NCBI GenBank assembly: GCA_963705505.1
Contig: CAVPJU010000006.1
Coordinates: 512,001-576,000, forward strand
Source of the DNA: an uncultured bacterium
GTDB taxonomy: Bacteria; Desulfobacterota_D; UBA1144; Nemesobacterales; UBA2774
Reading direction: 5' to 3'
DNA: 64,000 bases
Positions 20,726-29,398 of the stretch are shown piece by piece. The notes below the pieces were generated by a model. The model worked only from the letters and a program-made list of their open reading frames with translations. It was not told the DNA's origin and ran no database searches. The position numbers were made by a program, and so were the translations under genes. Each line of letters starts with the position of its first letter. Position 1 is the first letter of the stretch.

Positions 20726-22321
20726 TTATTTCCCACTAGCCAGCACGGACAATTGGACGTGCTCCGTTATCCTTTCAATGTGCTTGCTGACGCGTCTTAA
20801 CCATCTGATCGCTTCAAGCTTGCCGGTGCCAAGATATACATCGAACGTGCCGCCTGCAATCCCGGCCATCACACTCCTTCTGTAAGGTCTGACTTTGATG
20901 TGTATTTTTGCGGCGGTATCCTTCGCTTTCTCTGCGGCCTTGAGCCAGTTACTGGCTTCAATATCAATAATGATACTACCTATGCTATTTATAAGCAGAC
21001 TGCATTCTTCTGCAAGCTCCTCCGTCTCTCTCGCGGTTATGGCCCGCTCCTCATCCTCTTCACACCTTTCATGAAGCCGCTGCAGGTGGTCCAATGTGTG
21101 AAACATATTTAATAACCTTTCCCAATCAGCTCCCTCTGTCGATTTGGGTTTTATACGATCGACGTAGGAATGAGTTTCATTAAGCGCGGATTGAAGCTCG
21201 TCAAGATCGGCCCTTGCGCCCCTTTCCGTATCGCCCAGGATTGCATTCACATGCGAGAACAGTGCCGTCGATAACGTGCTTATAGTGGATTGCACGGCAT
21301 TCAGCGCGAGATCCGTATCTTCCAATAAAACAACATCCAGTTTTCGCGTATAAACAGAAACTTTTTCGGGAATTAATTTTTCCATGAAACGGGCGAATTG
21401 GTTGGTGAAAGGCAGTATCATGATTACACCTAAAGTATTAAAGCATGTGTGGAATCCGACCAGCGCAATCTCTGCGTTTTTGATCAGCTCACCGGGCGAG
21501 AAATAATTCCAAACCCAGGTGTATGGATTTATTATTAAAAGCGCCAATAGTGCTGTTAAGAGATTGAATATAACATGGGAAAAACCTGTCCTTCTCACTC
21601 CTACAGAGCCGCCGATTGTCGCTATAGCCGCCGTAGAGGTTGTGCCCAAATCCATTCCGATTACAAGGGCAGCAGCCTGATTGAAATTGATTATATCCGC
21701 ATATAATGCAGTCAAGGCTGCCGCAACACCCGCGCTCGATGATTGTGTCAGGACGGTAAATATTATTCCCAGAGCGACTAATAACAACCGCCCCGAAAGC
21801 GTGTCGGCGGGTAAATTTTGAAAAGTAACAAAACCGTGCAGTTCACTCATCGATTCCTGCATGAATGTAAGACCTACGAAAACGAGACCGAAGCCCGCAA
21901 TCGAATATCCGACAGTCGCCAGGCGCCCTTTTGAAATAAGGCGGAGAATGGCTCCTATGAATACGATAGGCAAAAATACATTCCCGAGGCTCAGTTTGAA
22001 TCCCAAGAGTGCAATAATCCACCCTTTAAATGTAGTGCCGATATTGGCCCCGAATATAATTCCGAGAGATTCCGGGAAGGTTATTAATCCTGCGCCTACG
22101 AAGCCTATCGCCGCAAGCGTAGTAATGCCTGATGCCTGAAGGATTGCGGTGCTTATAGCACCGGTCAAAGCGCCGGTTAGAGGGCTCTTCGTAAAACGCA
22201 TCAATACGGCGCGCATTGCATGACCTGCCAGGGCGCGGAGCCCGTCCGTCATTACGATCATGCCCAATAGAAAAAGACCGATGCCGCCTGCGACCTGAAC
22301 TATAACCAGGATTTTGTCCAT
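20726..22321 (-). CDS. Na+/Pi cotransporter family protein
   Basis: GGIGLFLLGM, ILQASG / LTQSSSA repeats, GANIGTT / GMDLGTT, helical C-terminal domain. Confidence 0.9.
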   Translation of the reverse strand: MDKILVIVQVAGGIGLFLLGMIVMTDGLRALAGHAMRAVLMRFTKSPLTGALTGAISTAILQASGITTLAAIGFVGAGLITFPESLGIIFGANIGTTFKGWIIALLGFKLSLGNVFLPIVFIGAILRLISKGRLATVGYSIAGFGLVFVGLTFMQESMSELHGFVTFQNLPADTLSGRLLLVALGIIFTVLTQSSSAGVAAALTALYADIINFNQAAALVIGMDLGTTSTAAIATIGGSVGVRRTGFSHVIFNLLTALLALLIINPYTWVWNYFSPGELIKNAEIALVGFHTCFNTLGVIMILPFTNQFARFMEKLIPEKVSVYTRKLDVVLLEDTDLALNAVQSTISTLSTALFSHVNAILGDTERGARADLDELQSALNETHSYVDRIKPKSTEGADWERLLNMFHTLDHLQRLHERCEEDEERAITARETEELAEECSLLINSIGSIIIDIEASNWLKAAEKAKDTAAKIHIKVRPYRRSVMAGIAGGTFDVYLGTGKLEAIRWLRRVSKHIERITEHVQLSVLASGK

Positions 22322-22497
22322 GAGCTTATAGACCCTGATTTATTTATAGATTCAATGCCGTATGAATGTCAATCCGCTATGTTCAAGATTCGGATGTAGA
22401 AATAACATTTTTACACAAAAATTATGAATTTTTAAACGAGGGGAAGGGTAATAGACTAATTGGCCGCCCGTTTAATATCGTCTTTCAAGCGGCACCG

Positions 22498-23106
22498 TCA
22501 AAATGTAAAACCGGTCGCGAATACGATATGCTCAAAATCACTTGTTCCTAAAGAAATGTTAAATTTTCCTAAATTGACGACGTCGGCGCCTACCATGTTT
22601 TGCTGCTCGTTATATTTGATGATTTGGTTCTTCATAAGATCGTCGATATTATTATCTGTCACAATTACCAACGTATCATCCCCTTCACCGCCGATGGCGT
22701 AATCTTGATATCCTTTATTGTTATCGAGGTAATAGACCAGGGTGTCATTGCCTTTACCCAGGTTTATGAAATCGTTGCCGGGCCCGTCGTCGACAATGTC
22801 ATTACCTTCGTTGCCGATTATGTAGTCATCGCCCGGCCCGCCCTGTATTTTATCGTCGCCCTTGCCGCCTGAAACGAGATCGTCGCCCGGGCCCGCCTCG
22901 ATGAGATCATTTCCGCTCTTTCCCGATATATTGTCGTTACCATCACCCGTATTTATCGTGTCATTTCCTTCCTTGCCGGTAACGACATCGTCACTGGTAT
23001 TCACCGCTTCCAAATTCGTTTGATTCTGGGAATCGGCCTTGAATGGTATTAAAAGGGCCGACAGGAACATAAGAGCAACGATCAGGAATAAAAGGTTATA
23101 TTTCAT
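22498..23106 (-). CDS. Calcium-binding RTX/hemolysin-type repeat protein with signal peptide
   Basis: About ten GGxGxDxxx-type nonapeptides; N-terminal hydrophobic leader. Confidence 0.85.
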   Translation of the reverse strand: MKYNLLFLIVALMFLSALLIPFKADSQNQTNLEAVNTSDDVVTGKEGNDTINTGDGNDNISGKSGNDLIEAGPGDDLVSGGKGDDKIQGGPGDDYIIGNEGNDIVDDGPGNDFINLGKGNDTLVYYLDNNKGYQDYAIGGEGDDTLVIVTDNNIDDLMKNQIIKYNEQQNMVGADVVNLGKFNISLGTSDFEHIVFATGFTF

Positions 23107-23195
23107 GGCTCATCCTCACATTTTGCGATGTCCTAACTATACATCAAGTGAGCCGTGCGAGTCTATCGGGGTGTGTTTTAAATAAATGCAGGCAG

Positions 23196-23237
23196 TTGGT
23201 AGCCCCTACGGGATTCGAACCCGTGTTTTAGCCTTGA
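23196..23237 (-). repeat. 42-bp duplication of the tRNA-Glu 3' half (att-like site)
   Basis: Identical to 23884-23925 (TTGGTAGCCCCTACGGGATTCGAACCCGTGTTTTAGCCTTGA). Confidence 0.95.
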
Positions 23238-23280
23238 TCCAATTTGGTGTACGACGGCGGGAAACCATACCAGCCGCTCG

Positions 23281-23757
23281 CTACTTAATAGGCGGGGGCG
23301 CGGCCACTGTCATGCCATGACGCCGGAAGACGTCCAACATCTTCGCGCGGTCTGGCGGCCCGCCGCCGGCGGCACCGATTACTTCGGCAGCTTCGCGGAA
23401 GTACGCGGGGCTCATTATCGCGGGGGTTATGACGGCGAGCTGTTTCACATCCTCGCTGCTGAGGTTATCGAAGCGATGCACTGCGCCTCTTGGGATGCAC
23501 AGCGCCTGCCCGGGACCAACCTCGATGGGCGTGCCGTCAACCGTCCAGGTAAGGACGCCCTCGATACCGTAGAGGATTTCCTCGAAGGCGTCGTTCTTGT
23601 GGGCTGGCGCCGCCAGCTTCTGCCCGGCGGGGACGAGAACCTCGAACACTGACACGCCGCCGTTGGAATCATCGCCTGTGAGGAGGAACCGGATTCCTAG
23701 CGGACCAATCTTGATGGTCTCTTCTGAAGGATTGACTCTAGTTGTACGCTGATACAT
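23281..23757 (-). CDS. Cupin domain protein
   Basis: APAHKNDAFEEILYGIEG and GPGQALCIPRGAVHRFDN cupin motifs. Confidence 0.9.
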   Translation of the reverse strand: MYQRTTRVNPSEETIKIGPLGIRFLLTGDDSNGGVSVFEVLVPAGQKLAAPAHKNDAFEEILYGIEGVLTWTVDGTPIEVGPGQALCIPRGAVHRFDNLSSEDVKQLAVITPAIMSPAYFREAAEVIGAAGGGPPDRAKMLDVFRRHGMTVAAPPPIK

Positions 23758-23884
23758 ACTTGCTCCCTCTTTGAGTAAAGTTATCCGAAATTTCCGATTT
23801 GGTTACCAGAGAGACTAACCGACAAGTCCACTGACATACAAATTCGCGCAAGTATAAATTGTTTTGTAACTTGCCGTAATTATT

Positions 23885-23962
23885 TGGTAGCCCCTACGGG
23901 ATTCGAACCCGTGTTTTAGCCTTGAGAGGGCTACGTCCTAGGCCAGGCTAGACGAAGGGGCC
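23885..23962 (-). tRNA. tRNA-Glu (anticodon CTC)
   Basis: GGCCCCT...AGGGGCT-A-CCA acceptor; TAGCC-CTCTCAA-GGCTA anticodon arm; GGTTCGAATCC T-loop. Confidence 0.97.
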
Positions 23963-24150
23963 ATGTTCTTAGAGCAGGCTTGTAATTTATCATAAGAATA
24001 CATAAAAGCAACGAAACGGGCTATTGCGCTTTGTCTTAAAAAGACAAGACAAGGGGCTTATGAGGGGTATAATTAGGTGTGCCGCATCGTGTTTTTCCAC
24101 ATTTCTAAAGGGAAAGGATGGAAGGGATAGATTTCTCACACGCAAGATGG

Positions 24151-24310
24151 CATCCTTCGACAAGCTCAGGATGAACGGGTTTGGATAGGGTATCCCCCTC
24201 ACCCTTACCCTCTCCCACGCTGGGGAGAGGGAAGTTTTATGTTGGAGAGGCTGAGGAGCTTAGGAGAAATCGTGTATGGGCGCAGATTCTGCGCCTCAGG
24301 ATGAACGGGT
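24151..24310. repeat. Cluster of REP-like / BoxC-like short palindromic elements
   Basis: CATCCTTCGACAAGCTCAGGATG hairpin; CCCTCACCCTTACCCTCTCCC-ACGCTG-GGGAGAGGG; GGCGCAGA-T-TCTGCGCC; 16-bp direct repeat CTCAGGATGAACGGGT at 24165 and 24295. Confidence 0.7.
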
Positions 24311-24327
24311 GTTAAAAAACAGGAGAT

Positions 24328-24919
24328 ATGGAGGATGCTTCGATTAAAAAGTTACTGACTGTAAACGCGATACTGATCGTTTTACTACTGGTTTTCGCTG
24401 CATGCGACAGCGGGCAGGACGGGGGCGACTCCACGCCGGGCCCGACTAATCCGCCTCCGACGAGCCCGCCTCCTACGAATCCCCCACCTTCCGACGATTT
24501 CGAGACCACGACGCTCGAGCTCATCAACAATGCGAGGGCGGAGGGAAGGAACTGCGGCGACACGTTTTTCCCGGCAGCGCCTCCTCTTGTATGGGACGAC
24601 AGGGTGGCGGCAGCCGCTCTCGGTCACTCGGACGGATATGGCCGAGAATCAGTTTTTCGGCCACGAGGGCTCGGACGGCTCGGACACAGGGGACAGGCTC
24701 ATGAACGAAGGCTATGATCCGAGTACTTGGGGCGAGGATATTCTCGTAGGTCTCGAGGACGAAGCCAATGTCATAGAGAGCTTTTTAGAGTCCCCCGGCC
24801 ACTGCGAAATATTGATGAATCCCTCCTTTGAGGATGTCGGCGCAGGCGCTGCCGAGGGTAACTTTCAGGGACATTCGACACTCTACTGGACAGTCGATCT
24901 CGCGACTGAGAACGATTAG
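24328..24919 (+). CDS. CAP/SCP domain lipoprotein with Pro-rich linker (one frameshift near 24630)
   Basis: Lipobox FAAC; LINNARAEGRNCG, AALGHS|TDMAENQFFGHEGSDG, ESPGHCEILMNP, YWTVDL. Confidence 0.85.
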
Positions 24920-24982
24920 CGATGCGCCCTGCCGGATTTCTTGCTAAAGCGCGCTTACTTGGCTATTCTGAATTCTAATAAC

Positions 24983-26596
24983 ATGGCTGATGATGTAAAG
25001 GAACTCGGTCTCATTACGAGCGGCTCGCTCGTCGAAGGGCTTCAGATGAAACTCGGCCCGGAGAGGAGCGTTGAGGAGATAAAGGCAGGAAAGTTCGTCG
25101 TCGTTCACGGACTTTACCATCAGTTCTTCTCCCTTATTACCGATGTAATGCTCGACGCTTCGTCCCCCAATATACTTATCAATCCCCCCTCCAGGGAAGA
25201 GGAGCTTTTAAGGAGCGTGCTCTCCGGCACGAGCGCTTACGCCACGATCGAGCTGAGGCCCATGCTGATGCTCGCGCACGGGGAGGAGGAGCTCCGGCCG
25301 GTGAAGACCATACCCGCCCATTTTGCTCCGGTATCGGAAGCGACTCACGAGGACGTGGGCACGGTATTCGGAAGGGAGGACAGGAAGGGGAAGTTCTTCA
25401 ATATAGGCACTCCGCTCGATATGGACATACCCGTCTGCATAAACCTCGACAGGTTCGTCGAGAGGAGTAACGGTATATTCGGAAAGAGCGGCACAGGCAA
25501 GACATTCCTCACGAGGGTGATGCTCGCGGGCGTAATCAGGTACGGGAAAGCCGTGAACCTCATATTCGATATGCACAACGAATACGGATGGGAGACGGAG
25601 AGCGAGGGCTCGAAGGGATTCGTAAAGGGGCTCAAGCAGCTATTCCCCGAGAAGGTCGCCATATTCTCCCTCGATCCGGAATCGACGAGAAAGAGGGGAA
25701 GGAAACCTGACATCGAGGCCTACATATCGCTTGACCAGATTGATATAGAAGACATAGCGCTCCTTCAGGACGAGCTTCAGCTGAATACGACGGCGATAGA
25801 ATCCGCGTTCGCGATTTACAGGCGGTACGGGAACAGGTGGCTCTCGGAGCTTCTCTCGTGGGAGGAGGATGAGCTGGCGGATGTGTCGAAGGAGCTCGGC
25901 ACGCACATGCAGTCTCTTTCCGCAATGAGGAGGAAACTCAACAGGATAAGGGCGCTCCCGTTCATAGTCGACGACAGCGTTCAAAGCGAGGGGACGATAA
26001 AGAAGATAATGGACCATCTCGGGCGCGGGATTAACATCGTGCTCGAGTTCGGAAGGAGCAACAGCACGCTCGCATACCTTCTCGCGGCGAATATCATTTC
26101 GAGAAGAATCCATGACACCTATATAGACAGGACCGAGAGATATCACGCGACGAAAGACTTATCCGACAAACCGAGGCAGCTCATGATCACTATCGAGGAG
26201 GCGCATAAATTTCTGAATTCCCAGGCGGCGAAGCAGACAATATTCGGGACGATCGCGAGAGAGCTGAGGAAGTACTCCGTCACGATGCTGATAGTCGACC
26301 AGAGACCCTCCGGGATAGACGATGAGGTGATTTCGCAGGTGGGGACGAGGATCACGGCGCTCCTTAACGACGAGAAGGACATACAGTCGGTGCTTACGGG
26401 TGTGAGCAATACGTCGGGGCTGAGGTCAGTTCTCGCGAGCCTCGATACGAAGCAGCAGGCGCTCATTTTGGGGCATGCGGTCCCGATGCCCGTCGTCGTA
26501 AGGACTAGGGAGTACGGGGAGGATTTCTACAGGGAGATCTCTACCGCTCCCGAAGAGGGGAAGGGGGACGAGTACATAGAAGAGCTTTACGGCTGA
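24983..26596 (+). CDS. HerA-like / DUF87 ATPase with N-terminal HAS-barrel-like region
   Basis: Walker A GKSGTGKT, IFDMHNEY, IEEAHKF, ARELRKY, DQRPS; ATG at 24983 is in frame with the listed ORF. Confidence 0.85.
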   Translation: MADDVKELGLITSGSLVEGLQMKLGPERSVEEIKAGKFVVVHGLYHQFFSLITDVMLDASSPNILINPPSREEELLRSVLSGTSAYATIELRPMLMLAHGEEELRPVKTIPAHFAPVSEATHEDVGTVFGREDRKGKFFNIGTPLDMDIPVCINLDRFVERSNGIFGKSGTGKTFLTRVMLAGVIRYGKAVNLIFDMHNEYGWETESEGSKGFVKGLKQLFPEKVAIFSLDPESTRKRGRKPDIEAYISLDQIDIEDIALLQDELQLNTTAIESAFAIYRRYGNRWLSELLSWEEDELADVSKELGTHMQSLSAMRRKLNRIRALPFIVDDSVQSEGTIKKIMDHLGRGINIVLEFGRSNSTLAYLLAANIISRRIHDTYIDRTERYHATKDLSDKPRQLMITIEEAHKFLNSQAAKQTIFGTIARELRKYSVTMLIVDQRPSGIDDEVISQVGTRITALLNDEKDIQSVLTGVSNTSGLRSVLASLDTKQQALILGHAVPMPVVVRTREYGEDFYREISTAPEEGKGDEYIEELYG

Positions 26597-26621
26597 AAAT
26601 CCAATATTGATATTCAGTTTG

Positions 26622-27146
26622 CTAATCCCGTTGCTTAAGCTCCTTTTTAAACAGCTTGAAATTTTTTACATAATGCTCGGCCGACGATTTCAAATCCTCT
26701 ATCTCGGCGGGCGTGACTTCCCTTACAACCTTTCCGGGAGAGCCAAGGACCATGGAATTGTCCGGTATGACCTTGCCCTGCGTTACGAGACAGTTAGCGC
26801 CGATGATGCAGTTCTTTCCGATCCGGGAGTTGTTTAAGAGCACGGCGTTTATTCCGATAAGACTGTTATCGCCTATCGTGCATCCGTGGAGCATGGCCTG
26901 GTGACCCACTGTTACGCCTCTGCCGATCGTGGTGGGGATTCCGGCGTCCGTGTGTATGACAACGCCGTCCTGAATATTCGTATCCTCGAGGATCGTGATG
27001 GGTTCGTAGTCCCCCCTGATGACGGCGTTATACCAGATGCTTACGTTGTTGTGGATTATTACGGAGCCGATTACGACAGCGTTCTGCGCGATATAGTAAT
27101 CGTCCCCTTTGATTTCGACCCTCCGGTCGCCTAATGAATATATCAA
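26622..27146 (-). CDS. Gamma carbonic anhydrase family protein
   Basis: VIRGD, TNIQDGVVIH, VTVGHQAMLHGC hexapeptide repeats. Confidence 0.92.
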   Translation of the reverse strand: MIYSLGDRRVEIKGDDYYIAQNAVVIGSVIIHNNVSIWYNAVIRGDYEPITILEDTNIQDGVVIHTDAGIPTTIGRGVTVGHQAMLHGCTIGDNSLIGINAVLLNNSRIGKNCIIGANCLVTQGKVIPDNSMVLGSPGKVVREVTPAEIEDLKSSAEHYVKNFKLFKKELKQRD

Positions 27147-27245
27147 GTCAGTCCTCCGGTCGCCGCAATTAAAATTCAGGAATAAATATTTTACACAAGC
27201 TCAATAATTATAGCCGAGTGCTTATTTCATGCTCATCTGTAAATC

Positions 27246-28127
27246 TCAGATCAGTCTGTGCCAGCCCCTGATGCCCCTGGCGAAGAAGACCTGAAATGTG
27301 GGGCTGGTTTTTAAATATTCGTATATCGCAAGCGCTTCGAGCTCGTCCCTGAACGCTGCGAAGACAGCCGAGCCGCTGCCCGTCATGAGGACGTTCCCGG
27401 GGCCTAGGGATGCAAGTATCTGCTTGAACGCCTTAATCTCCGGATGAAGCTCGCATGCGGGCCCTTCGAGGTCATTAAAGAGCCGGAAATCGCCGGTTTC
27501 TTCCTTGATTTGTCCGATCGCTTCATTTGTATCGCCCCCCGGCTTATTCCCGCCCTTTTTTTTGTTTAATTCGTCCCATTTTCTGTAAACCTCCGCGGTC
27601 GACACATGGAGGTTAGGACAAAGGATGACGTAGTAGAGCAAAGGGAAGTCCTTGACTATGGTGATCCGTTCCCCTATCCCCTCAGCGACCGAAGCGACCG
27701 AGCGCAGGAAGAAGGCCACATCCGCTCCGAGCCTTGGGGCTATACCGAAGAGTTTTTCTTCGGGCAGCGCGTTTGTGATCCTGTTTAGTCCCATAAGCAC
27801 CGCCGCCGCGTTGCTGCTGCCGCCGCCGAGACCCGAGCCCAGGGGAATTTTTTTCCTTATCGTGATTGTCACGCCTGAATCGAGACGGCTTTCATTGAGG
27901 AACATATCGGCCGCCTTCCAGGCGAGGTTTTCCTTTCCGGCGGGGGTATCGATCCCGCTCGAGCTGACGTCTATTCCGCTTCCCTCAAGCGTTTCTATCC
28001 TTACCTCGTCGAATAGGTCCACGGGCTGGATCAGGGACCTGATTTCGTGGTACCCGTCGGGCCTAATCCCGAGGACCTCGAGAGTTAAATTGACCTTTGC
28101 GGGAGAGAGGAGTGTTATCGAGCTCAT
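27246..28127 (-). CDS. ispE: 4-diphosphocytidyl-2-C-methyl-D-erythritol kinase
   Basis: SPAKVNLTL, RPDGYHE, IPLGSGLGGGSSNAAA, LGADV, MTGSGS. Confidence 0.95.
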   Translation of the reverse strand: MSSITLLSPAKVNLTLEVLGIRPDGYHEIRSLIQPVDLFDEVRIETLEGSGIDVSSSGIDTPAGKENLAWKAADMFLNESRLDSGVTITIRKKIPLGSGLGGGSSNAAAVLMGLNRITNALPEEKLFGIAPRLGADVAFFLRSVASVAEGIGERITIVKDFPLLYYVILCPNLHVSTAEVYRKWDELNKKKGGNKPGGDTNEAIGQIKEETGDFRLFNDLEGPACELHPEIKAFKQILASLGPGNVLMTGSGSAVFAAFRDELEALAIYEYLKTSPTFQVFFARGIRGWHRLI

Positions 28128-28421
28128 AGCGGATCGACCGTGCTACAATGTAATGGAAATCCGTAATTTTTCAATAAAAACTTGCTCCTCCCTTTTACTG
28201 CCCCCATCTTGCAGACAAACCCGGAATTTACATTCATTTTCTATGGATGATTTTTATTTGTTTTTTCATGCGATATAGAGAATAAAGACGATGTCCGGCG
28301 GAACGAAACTATTTAATGTTGACGGCATGTTATGAAGACTCCGAACAATTTTTTTATCGGTTGGTCAATATGGGGAAAATAATCTCTTGACATTTAAAGT
28401 ATCGTACTTTATTTTTATATA

Positions 28422-28510
28422 TAAAGTTAAACGGAATACTTAAAAATCATCCTCCATCCTCCTTTAAGAGAACGGGAGTACTTCTTGACTGAGAAGTACT
28501 CCCGTTTTTG
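28422..28510 (+). ncRNA. Candidate small RNA (~90 nt) with tandem anti-SD motifs
   Basis: TTGACA (28387-28392)-N17-TATTTT; body with CATCCTC x2; intrinsic terminator; no plus-strand ORF. 5' end is estimated. Confidence 0.5.
28471..28509 (+). terminator. Intrinsic terminator
   Basis: Perfect 15-bp stem AACGGGAGTACTTCT / AGAAGTACTCCCGTT followed by a T run. Confidence 0.8.
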
Positions 28511-28635
28511 CTTTATAAGCCATTTGAACAGTGCGAGACAAGCCCGCATTTGTAAGCCTATGGCATAATCGAGTAAGGTTAATATGACTTACTTCCGGGC
28601 TATACTTTCTTCTTTTGCTCATGGAGTAAAATCCG

Positions 28636-29358
28636 ATGAATCCGAAACGATTATTAGTCCGCGCAGCTCTGCTGGCTTTCATATTGCTTACCGTGAGCTG
28701 TGTGTACCTGAGGCTGTACAAGGTTCAAAACCAGCTTGGCGATTTCGAGAACAACTTCGAGCTCACCGACAAAGGTGGGCTGGGTCTTATATTTTTGAAC
28801 CCGGTCCTCGAGTCGGGCGACATGGTATGGCTAATGAAAAACGCTCCCTTGACGAAAGAGAAGAACGGCGATGGAGAGGAATGGACTTATGTATTCGAGA
28901 AGCAGTACCTGTCTGACAACGACGAGGGACACGAATACGATATACCGATTTTGATGGTTATGCAGAACGATATGCTTAAGGAAATAATCTTTCCCGAGCG
29001 GTTTTTGAAAGATGTCTCAATACCGCTTATAAAAAAGATGTTCTCGTCAATGGGGGAAGCAAATGTGGACAAATTATCTAAAAGCGCGAATTCGACATTC
29101 AGGGGGAGCAGTCCGGACGAGATACCCAAGATGGAGAATATCGTCGATACACTCGGAAAGCCCTATTCCGTCGAGGAATCGGGGGAGACATCTAAATTCA
29201 CGTATCTATATTATTTGAAAAATAATGCATCGGATCCGGCTCCTGATGTCTTTGAGTTCGAGGCGGAGTTCATATTCAATAAAGAAAACAAATCGCTCGA
29301 GAAGGCGAAGCATACTATTCGCGGTATGACCATGTCGTTCGATTTCACATCGAATTAG
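28636..29358 (+). CDS. Hypothetical lipoprotein
   Basis: Signal peptide ending TVS-C; 240-aa ORF with GGAG RBS. Confidence 0.7.
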   Translation: MNPKRLLVRAALLAFILLTVSCVYLRLYKVQNQLGDFENNFELTDKGGLGLIFLNPVLESGDMVWLMKNAPLTKEKNGDGEEWTYVFEKQYLSDNDEGHEYDIPILMVMQNDMLKEIIFPERFLKDVSIPLIKKMFSSMGEANVDKLSKSANSTFRGSSPDEIPKMENIVDTLGKPYSVEESGETSKFTYLYYLKNNASDPAPDVFEFEAEFIFNKENKSLEKAKHTIRGMTMSFDFTSN

Positions 29359-29398
29359 CCCTGTCTGGTAATTCTGACCCGATTATGTGTGTGACGGG

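Larger units (their letters stand above)
23196..23925. mobile_element. Minimal tRNA-anchored genomic islet (646 bp between the repeats, no integrase)
   Basis: Direct repeats of the tRNA 3' half flank a single, more GC-rich cupin gene. Confidence 0.7.

Noticed and set aside
23243..23275. Second tRNA 3' fragment inside the islet (minus strand ends ...GTACACCA)
   Set aside because: No TTCGA T-loop or convincing T-stem.
23990..24202. 70-aa ORF containing PFILSLSKD
   Set aside because: It is the antisense translation of the palindromic repeat elements.
28427..28465. Minus-strand micro-ORF MIFKYSV behind AGGAGG as a type I toxin
   Set aside because: Only 7 codons and no TM helix; promoter and terminator polarity favour the plus-strand RNA.
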